A DNA stretch of 63,969 bases, counting the filler, from Welwitschia mirabilis (lineage: Eukaryota), in the NCBI GenBank assembly GCA_051453625.1. It is 6 parts of one record of this genome, joined end to end, with 100 filler letters (N's around TTAATTAATTAA, not from the genome) between each part and the next. Parts side by side here need not be neighbours in the genome. Positions count along the whole stretch, not along the records: positions 1 to 29,677 come from JBOZIK010000001.1; positions 29,778 to 50,043 come from JBOZIK010000001.1; 4 more parts are not named here. One strand, 5' to 3'. Below the pieces are notes generated by a model that saw only the letters and a list, made by a program, of their open reading frames with translations, was not told the origin of the DNA and did no database searches. Each line of letters starts with the position of its first letter. Within the stretch, counting starts at the first letter, position 1. The position numbers and the translations under genes are program-made. This document shows positions 24,321 through 37,869 of the stretch, piece by piece.

Positions 24321-27300
24321 CTAGAAAATGATGGTACTTTAATTAGCTCTCATAAACTAGATGGAACTAGTTGCAATGGGAGAAGTTATGAACTTAGGTA
24401 AGATGTGATCCTTCTCATATACAAACATGATCATGTGATCTACATTGAACCATTGATAATTTGTACTTATATGTGGCACATAAGAAATAACTATCGTTAT
24501 GAACATTTCGTAAAAAATTATACAAATCATGATGCATGTATCTACACAATGTCATGGCACCTCATAAGAAACATTACCATTGCTTGTTAGTTTAATGAAC
24601 TAGAATGCATATGCATTCTTCTCCATGCATGAATGCACGTGAACTTCATTTCCTGTGTAAATGCCCACTTTTTAGCTATTAGTTATCTTAATCAATCTCT
24701 CTTCTTAGTCTATATCATGATATAAATATAATGGATTTCCTATATGCTATTGGCAATGATGTAGGGCATACATTGTAGATATCCATAAACTTTTGAATGA
24801 ACACGTCTCTTAATGCTTCTTGCTAAATATGCATGTCTTACATTCCTCGTTTGGCTTATCTATTTATAACAATTCCTTGATCATTACTTTTCTATGTCAG
24901 AGATTCAAATATGAAAAATTCAAATGTGACACCCTCTCTTTACTTATCCTTATATATATATATATATATTACTTTTTTCTTTTTTTATTCTTTAATATTA
25001 TCATCTAATAAACATAACAAAACCTAGGATTAAAGTTTACTTATTCATTTATTAGTATTTTTTATATTTTAAAAAAAATAGATCATATTGTTATTATATA
25101 TTTATTTATAATTCATTCCTAGGTTATTTTTGTTTATAAATAATAGCAATATCATAAATTTCTATCATTAATTTCTTCCTAGTTTTTCTCACATAAAGAT
25201 ATATTATAAATATTTTAGGAGATGTAAACTTTTTATAAACATACATGAATAAGTTTAAGAATAATACCTAACTAATATAATTGATGATTACAACTTGCAT
25301 TAATGACATTCCAACTTGATATTTGATCATCCTTTAAACATGAATTGGTTTTACTTCAGGATCTAAACTATACAAACATGGTTGGAATCAAATTTGTAGT
25401 CTTATGATTCACCTCAGTGTACCTCCAATACAAGTGAGGGATGATACATAAGGTGCATACATGCTTACAAATGACCTCCACTTCCTTGTAACATCTTTAG
25501 ATGGTGTGATATAATCCATTGATGCCAAAGGCTTAAGGTATTAATCTAGAGTAATTTCATACATGGATAGGACATCAGAGTAGTGATCAAAACCACTTCC
25601 AAAAATGTATTATGAAAAGTATGCAATGCAACATAGCTTAATAATAAAATCCAAGTATGGGGATGAACGTTATTAAAATTATCTTGATTTAGACTTGTCT
25701 AATGAATGCATCACATAAATGCATGTGTACAATTCCAATTAATGTGTATATTTAATTAGATTATTTATCTAATTATAATAATTCTAATCATCATTAGATT
25801 CATTTTGTAAAAACAATTATAAAAGATAAAACAAATAGGCTAGAACATCTCTATATTTAATATTACAATAATGAAAATCTAAATAAAGGAAATATTATTT
25901 TTTTGGTAATAATAATAAAAATATTTAAAATATATCAATTCACATTTTAATAATGTACTTAAAGAAACTAATCTAATTCCTAGAGCTATGCAAATCCTAG
26001 AAGCATTTTTCCATGCTGATATGACAATCTTCATGGATTGGTGCAATGAAGAAAAGCATAAGAAAGTATAGCTCAAGAATGATTATTAAAACATAATACT
26101 TTTTTCAACTCTTACATTACTATATCATAAATTAAGAAAATAAATGATAAATATAGGACTATTCATGTTACTTAAAATATAAAGGTAAAAGCCCTTACAA
26201 GCATGCATATTCAAAGTAAGATAATAGAAAAAAGTAAAGGACATATTTTTCCAAATAAAATATTATTTCTAAGAAATGTAACTTAAGGATATTAATGGAA
26301 ACTTATCTTTCATAATCAAATTAGCTATATAGTTTCATTTAATAATTTTTCTATAATTTAAAACATTATTTATAATGTTTTTGGACTCTAAGGAGATATC
26401 ATAATCAAAAACTAATAATTAATTATTATGAAAAAAAGAAATTACAGTAGTTTTTCATAAACTAAACTCATAATAGGATCATTAAAAACTAACTTAAGAT
26501 ATCTTGGAATCCTAAAACTATTATTTCTAAGGTCATGATTTAAGGTTAGAAACTGTCAAATTTTCTAAAATTATAGTTCTACCCTGCTACACTAGAATGA
26601 GTATAAATTTTAAAATACTTAGTTTTTGAATGATTCAAAATGTTTTAAAAATATTATTTAATTCACTACAATCTAACTTAATCAACTTGTCATATATTCT
26701 AACTCTTAGTTATAGAAATATAAATTAATTGCTTACTATTTTTTTCATTTATTTTCTAACATATTTTGATAAATAAATTTCTTAAAAATTACCACACAAA
26801 AAAATACTATTTTTACATTTTCATAATCATAACATAATCTTAAACTTATTAAAAAATATTAACTACTTTATACTTACTAATTAATAAGCTATGACGTTTT
26901 TTACCTATATCTCCATTCTAGATTTTTTTTTTTTTTTTGCCATAACAAAAATATGGTAAAGTCTCTACAATAACAATTTAGATTAGTAAAATAATGGATG
27001 TATTAACAAATTATTTATAAAATATATTAACTAAATTACTAATTCAAATAAGTGTAAAAATAAAAATCAAATCAATTCCAAAAGAATCACTTGCTATGAG
27101 CCATAGGATTTTCATGAAGGAGTGCTAGCCTAAAAGAGATTTTTGAAGATCAGGCCTCTACATCTAATAAGATGAATTAAATGCATAATAGATAAAAATG
27201 TAATATTAAAATAAACATGGGTATCCAAATTTTTTTTCCTTTTTTAAATAGTAAATTCCTTGATCACTGAGCTATAATCATTCATTAGTAACCTCAATCA

Positions 27301-27869
27301 CCAAACATGAGAGACCCTCATATCTTCCGAGCTTCTTAGTGAAAGCTAATGGAAAGAAATAATATTTTATAGAATAATTACATAAAAATTATAAATAATT
27401 ACTTAATTTAGTATAACATTATTCCACTAGAATCTTTAAAATAGATCATGTAAATAATATGAGTAAAAATCTTACTTAGAAAGATTAGTAAGTCCTTGAT
27501 AGTAAAAGATTCATGAATATCTAAGCTCAAAAATCCTTAACTCTAAGCTCTATGTTGTATGCCAAATTATATAATTTTGATGGGGTATTTTGAGTAGTCT
27601 TGCAAAACATTTAGATAATTTAAGCACAAAATAATGATTATTAAGAGTTAAGGAAAAAATCATGAAAATGCATAAATATTAGTACTTTTGGAGGAATTTT
27701 GGATAAATTCTGATATTTTACATTTTGAGGAGTAATTAATGAGATTCAAGGCAATTTACCTTAATAAAGAGCTTCAATAAGTCTATCATCCTTTCCATTG
27801 TCTAAATGATAAACAAGGATAACACCACTTGCATGATGACTAGGATGCTATCTGGACCGACATGAAGGA

Positions 27870-29677
27870 TGTTGCGGTGTGTATTTATGCAATAGTGCAT
27901 GTTTCAATTTCAATCCTGTTAATTATAAATAAGATGTAAAATACAACACACTAGTATAGACGGAGTAATCCGAATGTCGTAATTCCATCGAAGGCCAATG
28001 GTATGGATAATAAAGGGTTGATTTCAAAAATAAATATGTAACTTTAATCTATTAATTTAAATTGTGATGTATAAAATAGAATAGCGATGCAAGACTAATC
28101 TATGAAAATAAACAGTAATGCATCTAATCTAATCAAGCTCAACCTTAACGAAGGTTGCCTTTATAATCTATATAATTAAAGAAACTTGTCACGAATCTAG
28201 AACAACATAAACTATGAGGGATAAGTTCCTGCAATTGTTNNNNNNNNNNNNNNNNNNNNNNNNNNNNNNNNNNNNNNNNNNNNNNNNNNNNNNNNNNNNN
28301 NNNNNNNNNNNNNNNNNNNNNNNNNNNNNNNNNNNNNNNNNNNNNNNNNNNNNNNNNTCTTGTTATAAGAATGTCAAGTACTATCGAAGATGATTAGGAA
28401 TTGATGGGGAGACCTTTATTTATAGACAGAAAGGGAAAAGGGACTAACATAAAAGCATAAGAGAAACTCTAGCTATCATGCAAAGGAAAGTCGCAAATAA
28501 TAAGCGAAAACTCGGGAATATAATCTATCAAAGTGTGGAATAACAATGTCATCCAAGTTGTTGTCTGGATGATGAAGGAGATGATAGGATTTTACAATGA
28601 GTTATCTTCTTTGCTTTCAGTTTAACTATATATGATCTGCATGCGAAGTCTTGTTATCCACTAATGTCATCTGGATGATGAGGTGGACAATGGAATCTGA
28701 TGAAAAGATCTTCACTTCAACTGCAAGCTATCTAGAATTAAGTCTATCATATGTCCAACTAGGGTTATCATCCTGACTATCGTCTGGACGACATAGGGGA
28801 TGACAGTCTCTTATTCATCTTTTATCAGTGATATCTGGTTGTTTGTAGGAATAATCATCTAAAAATATAATTTATCTATATCTATAATAAATCCTCGTAA
28901 ATTATCTGATAAATCGCATGTTTTCATTTTATGTTTCTGGATTCTCAATTGTCATAGGAACTAGGCATTTATCTATTAGTTTATNNNNNNNNNNNNNNNN
29001 NNNNNNNNNNNNNNNNNNNNNNNNNNNNNNNNNNNNNNNNNNNNNNNNNNNNNNNNNNNNNNNNNNNNNNNNNNNNNNNNNNNNNNNNNNNNNNNNNNNN
29101 NNNNNNNNNNNNNNNNNNNNNNNNNNNNNNNNNNNNNNNNNNNNNNNNNNNNNNNNNNNNNNNNNNNNNNNNNNNNNNNNNNNNNNNNNNNNNNNNNNNN
29201 NNNNNNNNNNNNNNNNNNNNNNNNNNNNNNNNNNNNNNNNNNNNNNNNNNNNNNNNNNNNNNNNNNNNNNNNNNNNNNNNNNNNNNNNNNNNNNNNNNNN
29301 NNNNNNNNNNNNNNNNNNNNNNNNNNNNNNNNNNNNNNNNNNNNNNNNNNNNNNNNNNNNNNNNNNNNNNNNNNNNNNNNNNNNNNNNNNNGAGGATTTG
29401 TAATAATGATTTATTATGATCGAAAAATTGGATAAAAAATAAGCAATATTGAAATCATATATGCATCCTGCCCCCCACTTAAAATGTGTAATGCATCTCA
29501 AATTGCCTAAGCTAATGAAAATAAAAAATGACGGGAAGGAAAACTATAAAACTACTAAACTAGGAAAGAAGAAAATGGGAAAAAAATGACTAGAAAATGA
29601 TAGACATAAAAATAGAAGAAAATTAGAGGGAAAATGGACACAAGAAACATGAAAAAGACTATTTTACCTAGTCGAAG
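27870..29677 (-). mobile_element. Inverted 3' LTR plus pre-PPT region of the family at 47859-54450, nested in the 27553 LTR
   Basis: 27870-28984 is the reverse complement of the 52319-54450 LTR type. 29392-29677 is the reverse complement of ~51700-51950. Retains more CpG than its flanks. Confidence 0.85.
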
Positions 29678-29721
29678 NNNNNNNNNNNNNNNNNNNNNNN
29701 NNNNNNNNNNNNNNNNNNNNN

Positions 29722-29733
29722 TTAATTAATTAA
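29722..29733. other. Artificial scaffold-join linker TTAATTAATTAA inside an N gap (also at 50088, 58386, 60521, 62512)
   Basis: The identical 12-mer carries stops in all six frames and is centred in ~100-bp N blocks five times. Confidence 0.9.
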
Positions 29734-30204
29734 NNNNNNNNNNNNNNNNNNNNNNNNNNNNNNNNNNNNNNNNNNNNTACATGCACTTTGTTTTTACACT
29801 CTAAATTGTTCTCAATTTGTATCTCAAATCTTTTCGTGATTGTGCAAATCATATGTACTTGACATGTTTTTCCAATGATAAATTTTAAAGTCTCAAATGA
29901 TTATTTCATAAAGTTAAGTATTTATGTTCAATATTAAAAATGAACTCTAAAATGTGTTAACTAATCAATATGTTAAATGGTTTATATGATCATCTTGTAC
30001 TTTTCATAAAATTTGTAGTCTTACCTCTTTATATGTGAATCTTAAAATTGTTTTATTTTTAAGCACAAAATTTGAATAGTCAAAATGTCTTAACTTGGTT
30101 TTAAAAGGTGTAATATTTTATAAAAGAATAATAAGCATTTTGTGAGTGGGATCTTTTTTAAGTTCTAAATATTTTTACAACTAAATATTATTTGCCATTA
30201 ATGT

Positions 30205-31729
30205 CAAAAGGGGAGATTGTTAAATTATGTTTTGCCACTTGATATCAATCTAATATTTTCTATATAAAAATTTTTTTATATTTTGTATAGAAGATGTTAA
30301 TCACTTGTAAGTCTAAAGATGACACCAAAACCATCAAATTTTAAGCAATAAAAACTTGTCAAGTTTATTAACCCTCTTAAGGAGTTGACCAGACTTTTAA
30401 AGGATTGACCGCACATAAAACAAATACTTAGAAACTAAACTAAATTTAAAGGGATCAACTAGATATCCGATGGGATCAATCGAACTTGTAACCTTGAGAG
30501 CCAGTGTCCTTGAACCAAATGGTAAGGGGTCGACCAAACATTTATGGAGTTGACCAGATTTGAGGACCTCTAATAATAGTATCCCTGGACTAAATGACAA
30601 GAGGTTGACTAGACCTATGATGGGGTAGATCTATATTTGTAAACCTATAAATAGTACTCCTAAACCACTTATCAAGGGGTCAACCAGACCATTTAAGTAG
30701 TTGACTAGACCTGAGCATTGTATAGATAATACTCCTAAATCGATCATCATTTGGTTAACTGAACACGTGAAGGAGTCGATCAGGCCTAATATAGAAAATT
30801 AAAAAGATCTTTATAAGGACAAGTAGGTAACTAGATTTTATGGCAGGTGACTAGATAAGGGTTAACTGGACCTAGATGGGGTCAACTAGACATAAAGTCA
30901 TAAGAAACTAGGATGACTAAAAAATTCATTCAGGTGACCTATGTAATTCATAGTACCTTATGGGGTCAATTGAACTTTTAAGGGATCGATCAGATGGAAC
31001 AGAACTAAAATTTTCTATCTATTTTGTATCTATTATGTATCTATTAGATAGCTATGTTTTAGTCATTTATAGCCATTATAAGTACATTTTCAAATGTAAT
31101 AAATACTAAAAGCCTTCCAATATAAATAGCCAAGAGATATATGACTAAAGAAGCTTTTTGGATTTAAAGAACTATTATTGTAATCTTGTGATATCCACTA
31201 TTGGGTCTTAGCATTTGTGCTCTTAACTAAAAAAGATCTATTATCTATTTTCTCTCTACATTTAAGGTTATATCTAGTTCGTTATCTATTATACATCTAT
31301 AGGAGAAGAGCTCCATCAAACCCACTATATCAAGAACGAGTGATATTTATGCATTAAGGCATTCTTACCATCACTGCTACGTCGTTTGAAGGTTGAGTAG
31401 AGGATTGGTTGAACCACTACAAAACCCTATGTGCACATCGTCTGAAGAGCTAATAAAGATCCAAATCAAGATTAGAAATAAGCTAATCATCAAGAGTGAA
31501 GTAGAGGGTTAGCCGAACCACTATAAAATCCTGTGTACACATCTATTTGGTATTTTATGTTTTTAGTTAGTTATTTTCATTACTTCCATTAGCTTTTCAT
31601 TTCATGCATATTTTGAACTAGTGAATTATTTTGTATAAGTCTATGATATATCTTTAAATCATTGCGAATACTTTGTTTTAATTTTTTTTAAAAATCGATT
31701 CACCCCCCTCTAGGTTCTTAATTCTTTTA
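30205..31729 (+). mobile_element. Sirevirus-like (Ty1/copia) PPT plus 3' LTR
   Basis: caaaaggggagat|tgtt junction (LTR from 30218), array of ggtcgacc-type palindromes, tataaatagcc TATA box at ~31121, terminal attcacccccctctagg signature. Confidence 0.85.
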
Positions 31730-34700
31730 GAAAAACCATCTTCCATCCATTATCAAGAAGAATAAGATCCATTTGTCATAAGTTAATATGAAGAAAAAAG
31801 TACCTAAATCATAAAAATGCTTAAGGAAATGAAAATGAGATAAGAAAATACNNNNNNNNNNTTTCACACAACAAACCTATTCTACTACCTCCCACCTTGA
31901 GAATCATAAGAATAACTTCAAAATAATAAGTAACAATAATTATTGCTTTAACATAGAAAATATGAATTAACCTACAATATCAAACCTATTAGGGGATGAA
32001 CAACAAATAAAAACAATGATGATTTAAATCCATTAGATAATAAAGATTAAAATAATTATTTCTGAGATGATAAGCCAGTTTATAATTCCATCCAATTCCT
32101 ATTAGAAAATGAAGATGAGATAAAATAATTAACTCAATAAAAATCTGCAAATTTTTAATCTAGGATAAGCATAATAATCACATTTCTCCTTCTAATAAGT
32201 CTAATGAATTAAAAAATAATGACATGTAATAAAATAATAAGGATGATGAGAAAGAAGATGATGATAATATTGAAATCTTAGATCATATCTTTGGTTTTTA
32301 CTTACTTTGTAATGAGGATGAAAGATTTAAACCTTTAAAAGAAGTTCAACATATAAGATTAAAGGATAATTTAAGTAATGAAATGAAATCGATGAAGAAT
32401 TTACATTATAAGGGGATTCATCCACTCATGTTTTTTAGATGATAGTCTAAGATGATAGTCAATAATAGTAATTTAATAATAGAAAATAATGATTATAGTT
32501 TATGATTAACAAAATTATTTAATAAACAAGAAGAATAGTCAACTTAGGAAATATTAAAAAATCTTCCATCACATAATGAGAACTTTTCTTTTTATAATCT
32601 TTTTAATGATCTTTTTGATGAAGTTACCAACTTAGAAAATGAAAATTATCCTCAACAAAACAATAATGAGTTCTATAAAGAAGAGTAAGATAACAAAGAA
32701 GAGAGGAGATATTATCAAGAACATAATAAAGAAAGTAGAGAAAGCATTCATCTAAGTAGTTATGATGTTAACAATGAAAAGAAGAGAAATAAAAAAGAAT
32801 CAATTAAAAAACAAATAAACTTAATGGTGAATAAAATTATATCTTTCAATTAAAAAAAACCAACTTAAAGAGTCTCTACATGTTTCTCCATCCCTTTCAC
32901 TTGTACTTCCATGAAAGACCTCAAATTGTATCATTCCTTCTACTTATACTTCCACATTATCTTATAATCTTGATAATGATATTCTTTTTCCCTCACTTCC
33001 ATTTGAACATTCAAGTAATTCTTTAAATCACATCCCTCTTCTTGAATTTAATAAAACACATCACCTTGAGAATTTTACTCTAAAAATCTCTCAATATTTT
33101 TCTTTTAGAACATCATGTGCTACAAAAATTAACATCTTTTCCTCTTTTACAAAGTCCACTCTACTTTGTTCTTTTAATGATTATTCTTTTTAAAAATAAA
33201 ACTTGGGATACCTTGGAATTCTAAATTAGCGAAAACCTTATCTTTTATATCTAAATCCATGCTTAGAATTGAATGTTAAGATGTTTTTTAAGTATGTTAA
33301 ATCTATCATACTAACTCACCTTAATAACTTTCTTTTAAATCATTGGATTCTAAATTATACCATTAATGTCTCTCATGTTCAATATGAAACTTTAAATTCA
33401 ATTTATGTTTCAAATCCTTTATATCATGAGTTTGATAAGAAATTGTTTTACCATGAGTTATATCAATTTTTATCTCTTATATTTATATTAAATCTTGTAG
33501 AGATAAAATACCATTTGATTATGCTAATTATAAAAGGACTTATTTCTTTAATGAAAATCCATATCTTGAATTGAATGATAGAAAGCTTTTTAATATTGCT
33601 AGATATTCTTGAAAGCCCTTAAAATCTTCTTGGATACATTCTTAAGTACTTCTTTACATGTATTATATGATAATATTCATTATTTACATCATTTCAATAA
33701 GATATCATTATTTAATGAGATTTATCACTTCTTTATCTCTAGTTTAAAATCATAAATTATACTATCAAAGTTTTATCCTTTTATTGTTTTTACCTCCAAT
33801 TGATTTTACTAAAAAATCATTGTATAACTTTTGTGTTTTATCAATTGATGAATATTTGGTTTGGTCCTTATTTTTCTGAAAGAATGCAAGATCATAAAAT
33901 CATAAACTTAAGAACAAATGTTTCTTTTCTTTCTTTCTAATAAAAGTATTGAATAGACTTTAGAATTTGAATAAAATTTTATTTTTAAGTTTTCTTTAGT
34001 ATTTGCTTTTGATTTTATGATTGTTATGATTTTGTCTTTGATTTTACTTTCAATAAATTAATCTCTAAATGATTTAATCCTTATCTTTTAGAGAAAGTAC
34101 ATTTTTAATAACTCAGTTAAAATTTTCGATTTAAACACTAGGGAAATTCAAAAGAATGGACAAGTGATAAAATTCCATGAAACATCAAACTTTAAATATG
34201 ATAGAAGTAATTGTTTTAAAAGTTATCCTACCATTATCTAAATTCTTGGTTAGCTTATTCTTTTGGTAGAAATCATGCTATTACTTGAACATCTTTTAAA
34301 TTTAACTTATGTTCTACTTTATAAAGTTACTATGTCTAATAATTTTTACTTGGGCTTTAAAGTGATAAGATTGGATTCACCCAATCTTAGGGCATTTAAA
34401 TGTCTATGAACTTTATTTAAATGAATATGCTTTAGTTTTTTGTGTTTTCTCTTAATGGTGTGAAGGTTTTAATTGTTGGGGATGTTCTTTATTATCTTTC
34501 ATCTCATTTTTTCACCTTCATCTTTATGAGTGTGTGGTCATGTGAGATTTATTTTGAAGAGGTATGTGAAAAAAATAATAATAGAAAAAGAAAAGAAAAG
34601 AAAAGAAAAATATAGAATAATAACTATAATCTATTATTTTTGTACTAAATACATGATCATCATGATGTCCTACCACACTAGGGTAAATTTTCTCGAGAGG

Positions 34701-36653
34701 AGCCTTTGGTAGTGTTGGTAGCTATGGGAACTCCACTAGGGGGTTAGTTGATCGTGCTTTACAAGTCCCTATTTCTCTAACTATGGTTGCACTCCCCTCA
34801 TCATGGATTAAAATAAAATAGTTTTTCACTTCATGTATCATAGTTTAGTGATGTTCTTTATGTTATTAGAGGCATTGCTTGTTTCCTAGACTCATTGTGC
34901 TTACAGTATTCCCACATGGTCATTTCACTTTTAAGGATTTGGGTCTGTTTTAGGGTGTTAGTAGGTTAGTTCATTTCTTACAGCTGTTGATCTTATCATT
35001 CATTATTTGAAAACATTAGTAAACTTAGCATCATCATAATTACTACCTATTAGAGTGGTGTTTTATGAAGTTTTTATATTATGTCATGCATCCTTCATCA
35101 AATGATTTTATGATTTCTTCCGTAAGGGTTTGCTAGATTTGGATTTAGGGTAGATACACAATCTTCTTCATGTTCCTAAGTCATTCATTTGCATTTTGTT
35201 TTTTGTAGTTGTTTTCTTAGGTATTTCAAAATCATTTCCATATTTTTTCATCATAAATGCTTAGGACTTAATCATTTAGAAATTTTAAAGTTAATTTTTA
35301 TTTTCCATTTGCAATTTTTCTTTTTAGAAGGTAATTCTATTTTTGTGAATATGTTTTATTTAGTTTATGATGATAATTTTTTCCATCTTTTTGAGTATTA
35401 GTTATTTAATTTTCTTCTTAAGTTGTGATGCATGCAGTACTATTTTTCAATAATTGTGAGTTCATGAAACAATTTTCTTTCTTATCTTGGTGCATTTACT
35501 TCCTTTATCATTCCTTTACTTATCATGATTCTCTACCATTTTCCATCTTTTAGACTCTCTCATATCTTTTTAAAACTACTTGATGCTATTTGAGCTTAAC
35601 TGATTCTGTGGATACTTTCTTTTTTTATTTTTTTGATCTTTTGAAAGATCTTGTTGTGCTATCTATTATTTAGGTGATAATGTGGATAAAACATAGATAT
35701 TTTTGAATAATCATGATTTTCAAGTTTCATATTTTTTAGACTAAGTCTTATCCTTCTTTTCATGTGTAGAATAGTATTCCCAACCTACCTGTATTTTAAT
35801 TACTTCTACTTAAACTTGCATATTAATATTTTTAATCTTAAATTAATGTAATACAGGATGTATTGATTCATCTATGGAGGCAGCATGATATATATTTTGA
35901 GCTATTTTGAGAAAATTTTAAATTTTTATGGGTTATTTTTATATTTTTATTAGACATATTTGTAATGTACTAATCTGATTTTAAATTTCTATTATTTAAT
36001 TGATATACATTATGGATATCTTTTATTAAATCATGTACTTAACTACAAAATACTTGTAGTATGTTTTTCTTGCAGGTATGATAAAAGCAATTTATGAGAT
36101 CATGGATGAAGGAAATAATGTTATTATTGATTAATTTTTATATATTTCTAGTGTATATTATGCTTATAAACTCAACGTTTGATCTATAATATCTTTTTTG
36201 AGTTATTACTTTTTCTAGTTATATATGCACATCATTTATCTAAGTTATTTATCTAAGTTATTATGGTTACATCTTATAATGATTTTTTTCCATGACATCC
36301 AATTTTTATCCTTTTGATGTACTAAATGTATTACGTGAGAAGCTAATACACAGGTAAGCATTTTAATCTTATTTTCTAACAAGTATTATTTTAGGAAATT
36401 AATTTTATAGATTGATTTTTAAGTTCTTGTTATCCCTATTATCATCTTGATGATAGTTTAAATGACACCATAGTCACTCCATCTATCAAGGTAAAACATT
36501 TAAGTTTATTTAATTTTATTATTTACTCTTGCATACTAAGATTTATGAACTTAAGTTACATATCCCTAGATAGTGTTTTATCTTAGTCAATTTAGCTCTA
36601 ATTATAGTTGTTCACCAACTTTGTCAGGGACGGATAAGGCTAAGTGGGGTCTA

Positions 36654-37869
36654 TGTTGTGATGCCAAATTATATGATTTTAATGGGTACGTTTGAGTACT
36701 TTTTCAAGACATTTAGATAGGTTTAAGTACAAAATAATTATTATTAAAAATCAAGGAGAAAATAATAGAAATGCACAAATACCAACACTTTTGGAGGCAT
36801 TTTGGATAAATTCTAATACTTCACATTTTGAGAAGGAATTAATTAGCTTTAAGGCCAATTTAACTTAATAAAGAGCTTCAAGAAATCTATCTTCCTCTTC
36901 ATCCTTTAGATGATAGATGAGGATAATGCTACTTACATGATGATTAGAATGCTAATTAGACCAACATGAGGAATAAATATAGGACTCTATTAATGTGACA
37001 TCATTCCCACCATTATCTGGATGACAACCAGAATGACCATCTAATTTTAGTTAATGTACCAAACTCCATCAAACTTCTACAAGGTATCATGTGCTTTCTT
37101 GCATGTTTATTAGGGTCTTTCCTGCATCTATTAGTTTTGTTTGTTTATTATTCTATCTTTATTAATAAATATCAACTCCATCCTCAATTTCAATCATCTT
37201 CATTGCACTATAAATTCTCACGATAAGAGATCAAAGGACTAAAGGTCCATTTGATAGTTGCAGAGAGGAATCTTCCTTGGTGTTGGGCTATGTCCCCTTC
37301 ATTGAGGTGATTTTTCTTTGTAATAAGATGTTGATTTAACTTTTAGTAAAAATCTTCTTTTAGTTTTATTCATATTTATGTGCATTTCCCTTATGGTTGA
37401 TGCTACTNNNNNNNNNNNATGAGGGCAATCTTTGTTAAGATTGAAATTGTTAGTTTAAGATTTTGCATTTCATTTTATATTTATAGATTAAATCATTACA
37501 TATTTTCATATTTTGTCTAATGCACTTAATATCTTAGGATAATTTTGATTAGTAATAGTTTCCTTGATTGATCTAGGTTATGCAGGGTCGATCTTGGTAA
37601 TAGAGATTTGATAGTCAAATAGATATTGCATTTAGGGTAGTTTTCATTTGCATTTTCAATTTATATTTATTTTTTTTGCATTATTAATTTTTATTTTTGA
37701 ATCTTTATTTCATGAAAAGAAATTCTCTAGCTTTAAGCCTAGTGCCTTTGACGGATTACAATTTTTGGGTCCACTTCCATCTATATTAGTGTGTTATCTT
37801 TGTGCATATATTTGTGACTAGCAAGATTTGATAAATGACATAGAATTTGCATAAATACACATCATAACA
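36654..37869 (+). repeat. 3' LTR
   Basis: tgttgtgatgcc...acatcataaca, directly after a PPT. Related to the other Athila-type LTRs in the window. Confidence 0.85.

Larger units (their letters stand above)
27553..37869 (+). mobile_element. Athila-related non-autonomous LTR element with nested insertions
   Basis: LTR start 27553-27869 is homologous to the LTR at 36654-37869. PPT aggctaagtggggtcta. 3' internal region 33840-35250 is homologous to 18680-20040. The TSD is not clean and a scaffold join lies inside, so the LTR pairing is uncertain. Confidence 0.6.

Noticed and set aside
30375..31000. CRISPR-like repeat-spacer array
   Set aside because: The repeats are short, degenerate and irregularly spaced within a eukaryotic LTR, and there are no cas genes.
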